Positions 47,712-56,831 of a stretch of DNA of 64,000 bases are shown piece after piece (position 1 is the stretch's first letter; the number at the start of each line of letters is the position of its first letter). The DNA is from Candidatus Poribacteria bacterium (lineage in GTDB: Bacteria; Poribacteria; WGA-4E; UBA9662): the NCBI GenBank assembly GCA_036339735.1, contig JAYZAL010000006.1, positions 1 to 64,000 on the forward strand. Direction: 5' to 3'. Under the pieces are notes generated by a model, which did not search any database, had not been told where the DNA came from, and saw nothing but the letters and a program-made list of their open reading frames with translations. Made by a program: the position numbers and the translations under genes.

Positions 47712-48899
47712 CTATCGATCTACTTCACCCATGACAATATCAATGCTACCAATAATCGCAATGATATCCGCCAACATTAACCCCCGACTTAATTCTTGCA
47801 AGGCACTCAGTGCTGCGAAACAAGGCGATTTAACTTTGACGCGAACAGGTTTCACACTTCCATCGCTGATGATGTAGAAACCTAACTCCCCACGAGGTGC
47901 TTCACTACGTGAATAAACCGCACCAGCGGGCGGGCGAATTGCCTTCATATTGGCCATGATCGGACCTTCTGGCCACTCTTTATCCAGCAGTTGACGTAAA
48001 ATCTTGATTGACTCCTTCATTTCGTCCATTCTTACCATATAACGGTTCCAGCAATCACCAAGAACAATACCTAGGTCAGGGATATCTTCGCCAATGGGAA
48101 CATCAAAGTCGAACTGATCATATATCGAGTAAGTTTCATCCTTTCTCAAATCCCACTTTCGCCCTGCACCTCTAAGATTTGGGCCACTTGCACCATAACT
48201 AATGACCATTTCTTCGTCCATCACAGCTACACCTGCGGTCCGTTCGATGAAAATCTTATTGTTGGTCAAAAGTGCATTGTACTCATCTATCTTTGGCTCA
48301 AAATAATCCAAAAACTCGCTCACATCATCCAAAAAGTCAGGAGGCAAATCTCGAGAAACACCTCCTACTCGGATGTAGTTGTAAGTCAGTCTAGCACCAC
48401 ATAATTTTTCAAAAAGAAAAAGGATTTTTTCACGATCACGGAAAGCGTAGAGAAAAGGAGTAAATGCACCGATATCCATTCCATAGGTGCCAAAGGCAAG
48501 GAGATGGCTAGCAATACGATTTAGCTCACCAGCCAAAACACGGAGGTATTCAGCACGCTCGGGTACACCGTCGAATTTGCTTGGGTCTACAGACAGCATC
48601 TTTTCAACTGCCATACTGAAACCCCAATTCTGGTTCATAGCGGCAATATAATCGAGCCGGTCAGTAAAAGGAACAATTTGGTCGTAAGACAAATTCTCAG
48701 CATGTTTTTCAAAACACCGGTGAAGGTAGCCAATATGAGGAATCGCGTCTCGAACGACTTCCCCATCTAACCTCAGCTCTAATTTCAGCACACCATGCGT
48801 GCTAGGGTGCTGAGGCCCCATGCTAACGATCATTTCATCGGAAAAAGGCTTGAGTTCTACAAAACGAGTTTCTTCTGGGGCTGTGCTTTGGGCTAACAT
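47712..48899 (-). CDS. nuoD: NADH-quinone oxidoreductase subunit D
   Basis: MGPQHPSTHGVL, GYLHR, DRLDY, ELNRIASH, EAPRGELG, DIVMGEVDR. Confidence 0.97.
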   Translation of the reverse strand: MLAQSTAPEETRFVELKPFSDEMIVSMGPQHPSTHGVLKLELRLDGEVVRDAIPHIGYLHRCFEKHAENLSYDQIVPFTDRLDYIAAMNQNWGFSMAVEKMLSVDPSKFDGVPERAEYLRVLAGELNRIASHLLAFGTYGMDIGAFTPFLYAFRDREKILFLFEKLCGARLTYNYIRVGGVSRDLPPDFLDDVSEFLDYFEPKIDEYNALLTNNKIFIERTAGVAVMDEEMVISYGASGPNLRGAGRKWDLRKDETYSIYDQFDFDVPIGEDIPDLGIVLGDCWNRYMVRMDEMKESIKILRQLLDKEWPEGPIMANMKAIRPPAGAVYSRSEAPRGELGFYIISDGSVKPVRVKVKSPCFAALSALQELSRGLMLADIIAIIGSIDIVMGEVDR

Positions 48900-48925
48900 A
48901 GTGCGAACACCTCAAGTAAAGCTAT

Positions 48926-49411
48926 CTAGTAAGGGACTTTCATCCCACGATACATATCTGGTTCCTGGTAATCTTTACGCATAGGATAACCTTCCCAATC
49001 ATCTGGCAACAAAATCCGCCTCAAATCACTATGGTTATCAAAAACCACACCATACAAGTCATAGATTTCTCTCTCGTGCCAATTGGCTCCCTTCCATAAG
49101 TGTTCGACGGTGGAAAGGCGAGGATCTTCCTTTGGAACAATTGCTTTTATGACTACCTGGTGAATATGAACCATCGATTGGAAGTGGTAAACGATTTCCA
49201 TTGTGTCATCTTCTGAAGAATGATCAACCCCACTTAAGCATGATAGAGAATCAAAAGCGAGATCTGGATCATGTCGTAGAAATTCACACACAGGGACTAC
49301 TTTAGAAGAAGGTATAATAATAAAAGGTTCTAATGTACCTGTGCCGTCAAGAACAATACCATCAACACCAAATTTGTTCTGCAGGCGCTCTAAAACTTCA
49401 TTCGTGGTCAC
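48926..49411 (-). CDS. nuoC: NADH-quinone oxidoreductase subunit C
   Basis: GVD, ANWHEREIYDLYG, DLRRILL, GYPMRKDY. Confidence 0.95.
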   Translation of the reverse strand: MTTNEVLERLQNKFGVDGIVLDGTGTLEPFIIIPSSKVVPVCEFLRHDPDLAFDSLSCLSGVDHSSEDDTMEIVYHFQSMVHIHQVVIKAIVPKEDPRLSTVEHLWKGANWHEREIYDLYGVVFDNHSDLRRILLPDDWEGYPMRKDYQEPDMYRGMKVPY

Positions 49412-49421
49412 CGTATCACCT

Positions 49422-49967
49422 TCAGGCTGTATGCTTTTTTTGGAGAAGTTTGCGTAAGAATGGAACAGTGGGTGGACCTTCAGTGGTCTGAAGACGAATC
49501 TTTTCTTGTAGCTTAAGCAATCCCTCTATTACGGCCTCAGGACGTGGAGGACAACCAGGTACGTATACATCAACTGGTATTACTCTGTCGACACCCTTCA
49601 GCACATGATAGCCGTGTTGCCAGTACGGTCCACCGCTAGTAGCACAACTACCCATTGAGATTACATACTTTGGTTCTGCCATTTGCTCGTAGAGCCGAAT
49701 AACTCTAGTTGCCATCTTTAACGTAACAGTACCAGAAACAATGATCAGATCAGACTGGCGAGGGGTTGCACGTGGCACACCAGCTCCAAACCGATCGAGA
49801 TCATAGTTAGAAGCAGCAGTTGCCATAAATTCAATGGCGCAGCAGGCAAGCCCAAATGTCATCGGCCATAAAGCTGACGATCTTGCCCAATTGGCTACCG
49901 CATCTATAGAGGTAACAATTAAGTTCTTATCAAAATCTTCGTTGGACAAATTAGATATATCTTTCAT
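49422..49967 (-). CDS. nuoB: NADH-quinone oxidoreductase subunit B
   Basis: [34 protein letters not shown]. Confidence 0.97.
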   Translation of the reverse strand: MKDISNLSNEDFDKNLIVTSIDAVANWARSSALWPMTFGLACCAIEFMATAASNYDLDRFGAGVPRATPRQSDLIIVSGTVTLKMATRVIRLYEQMAEPKYVISMGSCATSGGPYWQHGYHVLKGVDRVIPVDVYVPGCPPRPEAVIEGLLKLQEKIRLQTTEGPPTVPFLRKLLQKKHTA

Positions 49968-50407
49968 GATTGTCTCTGAGCCTCCAGAGCCGAAGATGGT
50001 ACGTTTTGATTTCCAAGATCATTATTATCATTCGGAACAGATTGTATTTTGCGAACCCACTCTAGATCCCCCTTAGCCCAAACATAAGCTAGACCGACCA
50101 AAAGAATAAGAATAAAAATTAGCATTTCAACAAAAGCTAACATTCCAATCTGGCGATAAACCACAGCCCAAGGGAAAAGAAAAACGGTTTCGACATCAAA
50201 AATCAAAAAAATCAGTGCGATGACGTAAAAACGAGTATTGAACTTGATACGGGTATCCCCGATAGGTTCTTCTCCACACTCGTAGGCGATGGATTTCTCT
50301 TGGGTAAAGAGACGTGTCTGAGCAACACTCGAGATGAGAATATTGAGCAAAATAAAAACAGTTCCAGCAACTAAGAAAACAAGTATATTGGCGAAGTCAA
50401 ACAGCAT
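49964..50407 (-). CDS. nuoA: NADH-quinone oxidoreductase subunit A
   Basis: [40 protein letters not shown] 50407 after GAGG. Confidence 0.95.
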   Translation of the reverse strand: MLFDFANILVFLVAGTVFILLNILISSVAQTRLFTQEKSIAYECGEEPIGDTRIKFNTRFYVIALIFLIFDVETVFLFPWAVVYRQIGMLAFVEMLIFILILLVGLAYVWAKGDLEWVRKIQSVPNDNNDLGNQNVPSSALEAQRQS

Positions 50408-50472
50408 GGAGCACAAACCTCAATGAGTTATCCTAATCCGATTCATCGCGTAGGCCGCCCTGAATCCGGCAA

Positions 50473-50501
50473 ATTATAGCCCAAATCAGCTATCTTTGCA
50501 A
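50473..50501 (-). promoter_or_regulatory. Sigma70-type promoter of the nuo operon
   Basis: TTGCAA-17 nt-TATAAT on the minus strand. Confidence 0.7.
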
Positions 50502-50530
50502 CCAGAAATATATTAGGAAGCATTATTGAT

Positions 50531-51778
50531 TTAATCAAATTCACCACCACATTTCCTGCACAAAATGTAAAATTGTATATCTTCCTTCAGAGCATACTGG
50601 ATCATTAGCTCAACAGCTTCATCTGGCAGATCTTCATCGCATTTGGGACAACGATAAAGAGAACGGTTATTGTCATAGGGTATCTGTTCAACTTTACCAG
50701 TAAAATCCTGCCAAAAAGTAAATTCCCAGGGCAACTCATTTTTTGTTTTAACAGAAATCTCATAGGCATGCCTAATAAAAGTCTGGCAGTCAGCGAAAGA
50801 GATAGTGGAAAAAAATTGATTAGTAAGTGCATTCAACATCAAAAAAGCCTGAAGTTCAACGAAGTGTGTCCATCGATTAACCGAATTTCCATCAGCCCAG
50901 CAACGAATATAGCGGGTCTCGATAGGATTGAAAACAAACGTTTTTCCGTCTCTGTTTTCTGCATACTCGCCATCATATTGGCTATCAAAAATAGTGATCT
51001 CTTCACCACTAAATTTATTTTCTAAAGAAACTGCAATCTTGTTATGATGATAAGTTCGACCATCAGCCCAGTAATGCCAAAGCTTGATAGTATTAATCAA
51101 CATCGGTTGACCGAGGTCCACCGTTACCTGAGTAGCGTCAAGTAAATCTTCAGGTTTGGCGCTTTCACCTGTGTCGCCATCTGTCAAATTCCAGCGACCT
51201 GCATAGTCGCTATTGGTTTCAACCCGCTTGTTTAAGGCTAAATTTTCTGTTTTTAACCTGTTGTTCGTAAGTGGCTGGCCAAAATCATTTGAAGCCATAT
51301 AGCCACTCAGGTATTGACTGTACAACTCACTAATAGGTAGAGACAATTGGTAGGACTTTGCTACACTTTGGCAGCAACGATCCAATTCTGCAGAACTCAG
51401 GTTAGCGACGACAAAACAATCTCTGACACCTCGTTTCCAAAAATCAAGTAAGAGAAACATGGCACGTAAATTCCCATCAGGTCGACGACGAATGATCACC
51501 GCTATTCGAAGACCGGTATCTGTAGAATAACTAATTAAACAACTGTGGAGTGGGTAATCAGGAAATGGGCCAAATTTACTCTGTTTGATCAGAGGTTTGT
51601 AGTGTTTGCAGTTGGCATCACAACCAGGGATTTTGGCCCGTTTGGCCTGACAACAACTAGGGCATATAATGACACCGTTTAGTGCAGGACAAATACGCTT
51701 GGCATTATCAGATCTACAGGTCCGGCAACGCTGTTTTTTTGGTCGTCTTCGGCGATACCCAAGCCTCAATCTTGCCAT
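50531..51778 (-). CDS. Hypothetical protein: Cys-rich N-terminus, inserted discoidin (F5/8 type C)-like domain, C-terminal Zn ribbon
   Basis: CRTC..CPAL..ICPSCC..C...C; NLALNK...LTDGD...VTVDLG...RYIR...FVELQAF; CPKC...CRKC. Confidence 0.7.
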   Translation of the reverse strand: MARLRLGYRRRRPKKQRCRTCRSDNAKRICPALNGVIICPSCCQAKRAKIPGCDANCKHYKPLIKQSKFGPFPDYPLHSCLISYSTDTGLRIAVIIRRRPDGNLRAMFLLLDFWKRGVRDCFVVANLSSAELDRCCQSVAKSYQLSLPISELYSQYLSGYMASNDFGQPLTNNRLKTENLALNKRVETNSDYAGRWNLTDGDTGESAKPEDLLDATQVTVDLGQPMLINTIKLWHYWADGRTYHHNKIAVSLENKFSGEEITIFDSQYDGEYAENRDGKTFVFNPIETRYIRCWADGNSVNRWTHFVELQAFLMLNALTNQFFSTISFADCQTFIRHAYEISVKTKNELPWEFTFWQDFTGKVEQIPYDNNRSLYRCPKCDEDLPDEAVELMIQYALKEDIQFYILCRKCGGEFD

Positions 51779-51811
51779 AATAATTCCAGTAAAGTTTGAT
51801 CAATCGCGTCC

Positions 51812-53851
51812 TTATGACTCTCGACGAGTTAGGCTCGACAAATACTCAGAGATTTTATTAGCAATCTTTTCAGCATCTACATCAGCAAAATCGAATAATT
51901 CTTTCAGCATCGGTGATATAGCTCCAGTATCAAGTAGGTTGTTGGCCAACCGACCCATTGTGCTACGATTAACTCCATCCTTCTGCCCTTCACTACCCCC
52001 CATATCCAGAATCTTGATCGAGTCAATTTTTTCCACTGGCCGCATCAATTGTTCAACTATGTCAGCACTTCCATCAATTAATTCCATGATTGCTTCTTGG
52101 ACTAGAACTCGCTGTTCGGCTACGTTCCGAGCCTCCATATGAGCCATTTCACCTTGAGCTTTAGCCGTGGCCTCAGCCAAAACCGCATCTGCTAACCGTT
52201 CAATAGGTTGCGCTTGAGCTTCTGCACCAATGACGGCTACTTCTCTTTGCCATTCCGCTTCTTTGGTTTGTTGGACTGCAATGACACCAATTTCGGCTTC
52301 GGCCTTACCGGCCTCCGCAACTAACTGATTTTTTTGCGCATTGGCAGTATCAACTTGCTTACCTGCAACAGCAATATTTCGATCTTCATCAATTAGCTGA
52401 AGCGATAATTCTTGCCCAATTCGGGATTGCTCTACCTCTAAAACCTTGTCGATTTCAGTTAATTCAACCTGCCGGTTTTGGTTGATCTGAGCAGTTTCGA
52501 TGACTAGGTTTTTCTCGATCTCACGCTCTTGAACTGCTTGCTCTTGAGAGAATTTACTAGTTTCAACAGACAGAGCCTTTTCAATGTCTCTTAAAGCTAC
52601 ACCTTCTTCTTGACCAATTTTGGCTCGTTCAATCTCCAACAACTTACCTTGTTCTCGAATACCTACTTGCTCTTCCTGATCAAAACGCTGTATTTCAACA
52701 GTCAAGTCTTTTTCAATTTCAGCTATTTGAACCGCCTTCATTTGTTCAATCTGTTCTGTTTCTACCATCAAGTTCTTTTCAATTTCTCTAATTTGAACAG
52801 TTTGCTCTTGTTCGACTTTAGCTAATTCGACTTCTTTAATTTTTTCAATTTCGCGTTCTTCGATGGCTTGTTCTTGTGCTACTCGGGCCTTTTCAACCTC
52901 TTGCTTCATCAAAAACTCACGTTCTTGAACCTCCTGCTCCATCTCAAACTGAAATTTCATAGTGTCAGCTTCTCTTTCAGCAGCATATATGGCGATATTT
53001 TTCTGCTGATCAGATTCTGCCCAAGCCTGATCTTGCTCTGCTTCTAATTTTTGAATTCGCGCATCAACTATAATTTTTACGATTGCGACTTCTTTTTCTT
53101 GCTCAATTTGTTCTGTTTCTTTAGCTTGTTCAGCTGTGATTTCGGTAATAGTTCGAATGCCACGTGCATCGAATTGATTTTCTTCTTTATAAGTTTCAAG
53201 AGGGGTTTGATCAACCCGAATAATCGAAACAGCTTCTAATTTGAGACCATTCTCATTTTTTAGGTTTTCACCAACAGCACGATCAACTTTTTCCGCGAAT
53301 TCGACTCGTTTCTGTAACAGTTCGGTTATTTCACTTTCAGCGGCAACACTTCTCAACGCACCTTCCAGTTTCGGCTCAATCAGCTCTCGGATTGTTTCAG
53401 GAGTCATTGACTTGTCTCCTAGTGCTTGAGCTGCTCGAAGAATATCTTCTTCATTAGGTTCGACCTGTAGATAAAAAACTGCTTCTACATTGGCTCGGTT
53501 AAAGTCAAGTGTAATAAAAGCATCTTCACCTTCACGTAAAACCTCCAACACCATTGTGTTTAGAGAGATTTCTTTAACTTCGTGGATTATAGTATTCAGC
53601 CAAAGACCTGACGTTATGCTAATCTTTTCACCACCACCACCAGTTCGGACCAGAGACATGTCAGCTTTTGGCTTTTTGTAGCGAACTACAAAAGCCAAAA
53701 AGACACCACTCAGTACAAAAACCAACACAAAGGATATTGACACCCAACGGGCAAGTCCCACCAAGTTGTACTGGTCTGTTTGTTGGTAAGCAAGAAAACC
53801 GACCAAAACAGCTACAACAAAAAGAGTTATGACAAGAACTATTAGCCGCAT
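51812..53851 (-). CDS. Flotillin/SPFH (YqiK-like) membrane scaffold with extended coiled coil
   Basis: Two N-terminal TM helices; LVRTGGGG, AAQALG, ALRSVAA, NGLKLEAVSI, NQFDARG; C-terminal PVEKIDSIKILDMGG. Confidence 0.9.
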   Translation of the reverse strand: MRLIVLVITLFVVAVLVGFLAYQQTDQYNLVGLARWVSISFVLVFVLSGVFLAFVVRYKKPKADMSLVRTGGGGEKISITSGLWLNTIIHEVKEISLNTMVLEVLREGEDAFITLDFNRANVEAVFYLQVEPNEEDILRAAQALGDKSMTPETIRELIEPKLEGALRSVAAESEITELLQKRVEFAEKVDRAVGENLKNENGLKLEAVSIIRVDQTPLETYKEENQFDARGIRTITEITAEQAKETEQIEQEKEVAIVKIIVDARIQKLEAEQDQAWAESDQQKNIAIYAAEREADTMKFQFEMEQEVQEREFLMKQEVEKARVAQEQAIEEREIEKIKEVELAKVEQEQTVQIREIEKNLMVETEQIEQMKAVQIAEIEKDLTVEIQRFDQEEQVGIREQGKLLEIERAKIGQEEGVALRDIEKALSVETSKFSQEQAVQEREIEKNLVIETAQINQNRQVELTEIDKVLEVEQSRIGQELSLQLIDEDRNIAVAGKQVDTANAQKNQLVAEAGKAEAEIGVIAVQQTKEAEWQREVAVIGAEAQAQPIERLADAVLAEATAKAQGEMAHMEARNVAEQRVLVQEAIMELIDGSADIVEQLMRPVEKIDSIKILDMGGSEGQKDGVNRSTMGRLANNLLDTGAISPMLKELFDFADVDAEKIANKISEYLSSLTRRES

Positions 53852-53882
53852 AGGTTGCTCCTAAAGAAATAGGGAAATACTT

Positions 53883-55298
53883 TCAAAAACGCGATTTCCG
53901 CCAATCAGCTCCCTTGTTAAGACGATATCTACCTTTCAATGGTTGTCGTGGTGAAGACTGCCAAGCCAAGTTGGCCAAATAACAGAGGGCATTCTCAATC
54001 AAGGTTTTTGCCAGAGTGGCTTTGGCTGCATCCCGAGTGTCAATGGCAAAAGCTACATAATGTCCATCACCCCATCCCAACTGGATGCCAACAGCATCTT
54101 GATTGTCTCGACGAACAGCTAACTTAGTGTAAGCGGGGTCATCTGTTACCCAGTGATCATCAGTAATTAGGGCATTCACATCAACTTTATTCGGCCAAGT
54201 AAACAAGCCTGTTCTTTTTCCATCTTCCGTGATATTAACATTGATATCAGAGGAACTGACAACCTTGATTGGATACTGATCGACTGGTAACCAGTTGCCT
54301 TTCCACGAGGACTCATGGGTATGAACACCATCGGGGGGGACGATATTGTCATCCATCGCTGAAGCCCAAACGACTCCGCCTTTTTGAACGAAATCTTTGA
54401 TATCTTCTTCTGCATCTTCGACTAAATACTGGCCATCGTGGGCAGGAGCATTCCAAGTAAACCATACGATATCGTATTCCGAAAGCAAAACACTGGAAAG
54501 TTTAACCGCATTATCAGGGTTGCCATAGTTGTCTGGGTTTGAGTTAATATGTACGGTTTGGTAATCGAATTTGTGCCCTTCAATATCAGTTAACGCCTCT
54601 AAAATTGCAGGTTCATTTGTTCGACTATCACCAACGACAACTAGTACTTGAAAAGCCCCTACTGGTACAATTTTCATAGATGAAATGGAGTTAGAAAAGG
54701 ATTGGGGTGCCATGTTCAAGTTTCTTAGCTCTAGTTTATATTCGCGACTGTTAAGGGGCAGAACCATACGTCTACCTTCAAAATTCGGATGCTCATAGCA
54801 AACGGCACGACAACCACTGAAGGGAAAGTTAGGGCCCCTTTGAATTCGAATCGAGGAAATAGAATTGTTGATCCCAATATCCTTTAGGTCGCTCACATCT
54901 CGTAAAATAACAGCTTTCTGACCTCGGTAATCAGCCTCGCCGTACACTTCGATAATCATAGGGATAGCCCCGTATTCGGGCGGCGTGGGGTGTGCTGCTG
55001 GGCTGAAACTGACCGAAGAAATTACATCTCCAAAATTATACGGGATTTGATGGATATTGGGGTAGTACCCAGGCGCTAAAACTAATCTTCGGCCGACATA
55101 ATTGATATGTTCGTGAAATATAGCTTTATAGTTGGGAGCAGCCGAAAAGGCTGGTCCTTTATAGATCTTAATTGACGAAATTAAGTCTTGTGCACCGATG
55201 TCTTCTGTATTCGGAACTGAGTCAAGAATGGTGACTTTACGGCCATTGTAGTTAACATGTTGAAACACCTCAATGACTAGTCGTGGAGAAAGAGCCAT
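53883..55298 (-). CDS. Beta/gamma-crystallin domain protein with C-terminal class-I GATase/ThuA-like domain
   Basis: Four Greek-key motifs: FQHVNYNG/DLISSIKI, HEHINYVG/DVISSVSF, EADYRG/NNSISSIRI, YEHPNFEG/NSISSMKI. C-domain LSEYDIVWF...IKDFVQKGG. Confidence 0.8.
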   Translation of the reverse strand: MALSPRLVIEVFQHVNYNGRKVTILDSVPNTEDIGAQDLISSIKIYKGPAFSAAPNYKAIFHEHINYVGRRLVLAPGYYPNIHQIPYNFGDVISSVSFSPAAHPTPPEYGAIPMIIEVYGEADYRGQKAVILRDVSDLKDIGINNSISSIRIQRGPNFPFSGCRAVCYEHPNFEGRRMVLPLNSREYKLELRNLNMAPQSFSNSISSMKIVPVGAFQVLVVVGDSRTNEPAILEALTDIEGHKFDYQTVHINSNPDNYGNPDNAVKLSSVLLSEYDIVWFTWNAPAHDGQYLVEDAEEDIKDFVQKGGVVWASAMDDNIVPPDGVHTHESSWKGNWLPVDQYPIKVVSSSDINVNITEDGKRTGLFTWPNKVDVNALITDDHWVTDDPAYTKLAVRRDNQDAVGIQLGWGDGHYVAFAIDTRDAAKATLAKTLIENALCYLANLAWQSSPRQPLKGRYRLNKGADWRKSRF

Positions 55299-55302
55299 AA
55301 GG

Positions 55303-56694
55303 TCAGTTGATATCTCTTAGGGCTCGGGTAGCCAAATCAGCGCGCCGGGACTGAAATTCTCTATCCGAGACTCGCCCTCCTCGCATCACATTTGTTTGGT
55401 GGTACATGAATTCCGTTGCATCCATTTTTCTCTTAAAAAGACGAAAATACTCAAACCGTGTCAGGGTAGGAGGTATGTTACCCGGGCATAATGTGTGCAT
55501 TCCAATCTGAACAGGATTTCCCATTCCAACGTTGGTTTGACCGCAACTGACCCATTTAGTACCATCTGAGCTTGCATAACCCAAGAATTGATTGCCGCGC
55601 CTCTCGAGCCTAAGATAGAGCTCACGTACATTACGTAAGCCAGGGCCACGGCCTACTAATGAGTATTGCCGATTAACATGTCTTTCAAACCGAACATCTC
55701 CCCTAAAACCATGCGGTCCTGATGTTTTTTCTAACCGAACAAAAGCGTTAGGGCTTTTCCATACTACAAGTCCACCATGCTCACGCAAATCTGGAGAGAC
55801 TCGAAGACGGCACTCGATAGCAAAATCGCCCTCCACCTCCATCAACAAACGAGGTGCATCCATGTCGCCACCCTGACCAGGTGGTGAACCATGCCATAAA
55901 TCTTGGCCTGGTTCTGCACGCATTTCTAGGTAGCCTTGCCTCTCAGACCAGGATCCACCACCACCGGGATCTACCCATTTCCATTCAGGCCGCATGTCAT
56001 TACCGATGAACTCATCATCGAATACCAGTTCGGTAAATTCAGAAGAAGATGACCACCCCTCAATCTTAACCGAAGATATCATATCAGCAAAATTTTGGGG
56101 TAAAACATGAAGGTTTGGAATTTCTTTTTTATACTCAGAAGGTTCCATTCTTATGCTAAGCTTGGCTCCTTCAAAGTCAATATGTTCAAAGAAGTGGATA
56201 TCGGTTCCATAAGAAGGGAAGTCAGGACCTTTAAAGATTTTGATCGAAGAAATGCTATCATGGATTCCAAGATCTCCAGTATGGGCAATATCTCGCAGGA
56301 TTGTTATCTTACGCCCCCCGTAATCAACATGTTCATAACACTCGACAACAACAGGAACAGTTCCCCATTCTGGGCCAGTTGTTTCTAGCATTGAACCAAA
56401 ACTAATTGAGGAAATACTGTCTGGGAAATTGTAAATAACATCATGTAAATTAGGATAGAAACCTGGGCCTAAAGCCAACTTCTTACCTTGAAAACCACGA
56501 TGTTGATGAAAAATAGCTTTATAGTTAGGGCTGGACCGAAACCCAGGCCCTTTATAAACTTTGACAGAAGAGATATTGTCTTGAAACCCAATTAGCGTTG
56601 TAAATTCCACGGGCTCAAAAACACAAGCGCGTCGGCCACCGAAATTAACATGTTCAAAAACTTCAGCAATGAGTCGAGGAATTACGGCCGGCAT
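55303..56694 (-). CDS. Beta/gamma-crystallin domain protein with C-terminal ConA-like/DUF1349 domain
   Basis: FEHVNFGG/DNISSVKV, HRGFQG/DSISSIS, YEHVDYGG/DSISSIKI, FEHIDFEG/DMISSVKI. C-domain DDEF...DLW...APRLL..VEGDF...GGLVV...YLRLERRGNQF..YASSDG..W. Confidence 0.8.
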   Translation of the reverse strand: MPAVIPRLIAEVFEHVNFGGRRACVFEPVEFTTLIGFQDNISSVKVYKGPGFRSSPNYKAIFHQHRGFQGKKLALGPGFYPNLHDVIYNFPDSISSISFGSMLETTGPEWGTVPVVVECYEHVDYGGRKITILRDIAHTGDLGIHDSISSIKIFKGPDFPSYGTDIHFFEHIDFEGAKLSIRMEPSEYKKEIPNLHVLPQNFADMISSVKIEGWSSSSEFTELVFDDEFIGNDMRPEWKWVDPGGGGSWSERQGYLEMRAEPGQDLWHGSPPGQGGDMDAPRLLMEVEGDFAIECRLRVSPDLREHGGLVVWKSPNAFVRLEKTSGPHGFRGDVRFERHVNRQYSLVGRGPGLRNVRELYLRLERRGNQFLGYASSDGTKWVSCGQTNVGMGNPVQIGMHTLCPGNIPPTLTRFEYFRLFKRKMDATEFMYHQTNVMRGGRVSDREFQSRRADLATRALRDIN

Positions 56695-56726
56695 TTGTAC
56701 CTTTTAGGACAATCAGAATCATGCCA

Positions 56727-56755
56727 ATCCTATCATTTTACCCCTCAAATGTCAA
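56727..56755 (-). promoter_or_regulatory. Sigma70-type promoter of the crystallin-flotillin operon
   Basis: TTGACA-17 nt-(TGA)TAGGAT on the minus strand, about 30 nt upstream of ATG 56694. Confidence 0.7.
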
Positions 56756-56831
56756 GCTACAACTCGGTTGCGCTAATACCACGCCACCTGACAAAATCAT
56801 CGTTTGATTCGAGATTTCCCTTTGATCTGTT

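Noticed and set aside
34819-52142. Antisense or nested ORFs (e.g. 34819-35274, 44334-44768, 51669-52142)
   Set aside because: Shadow frames of well-supported genes on the opposite strand or in another frame
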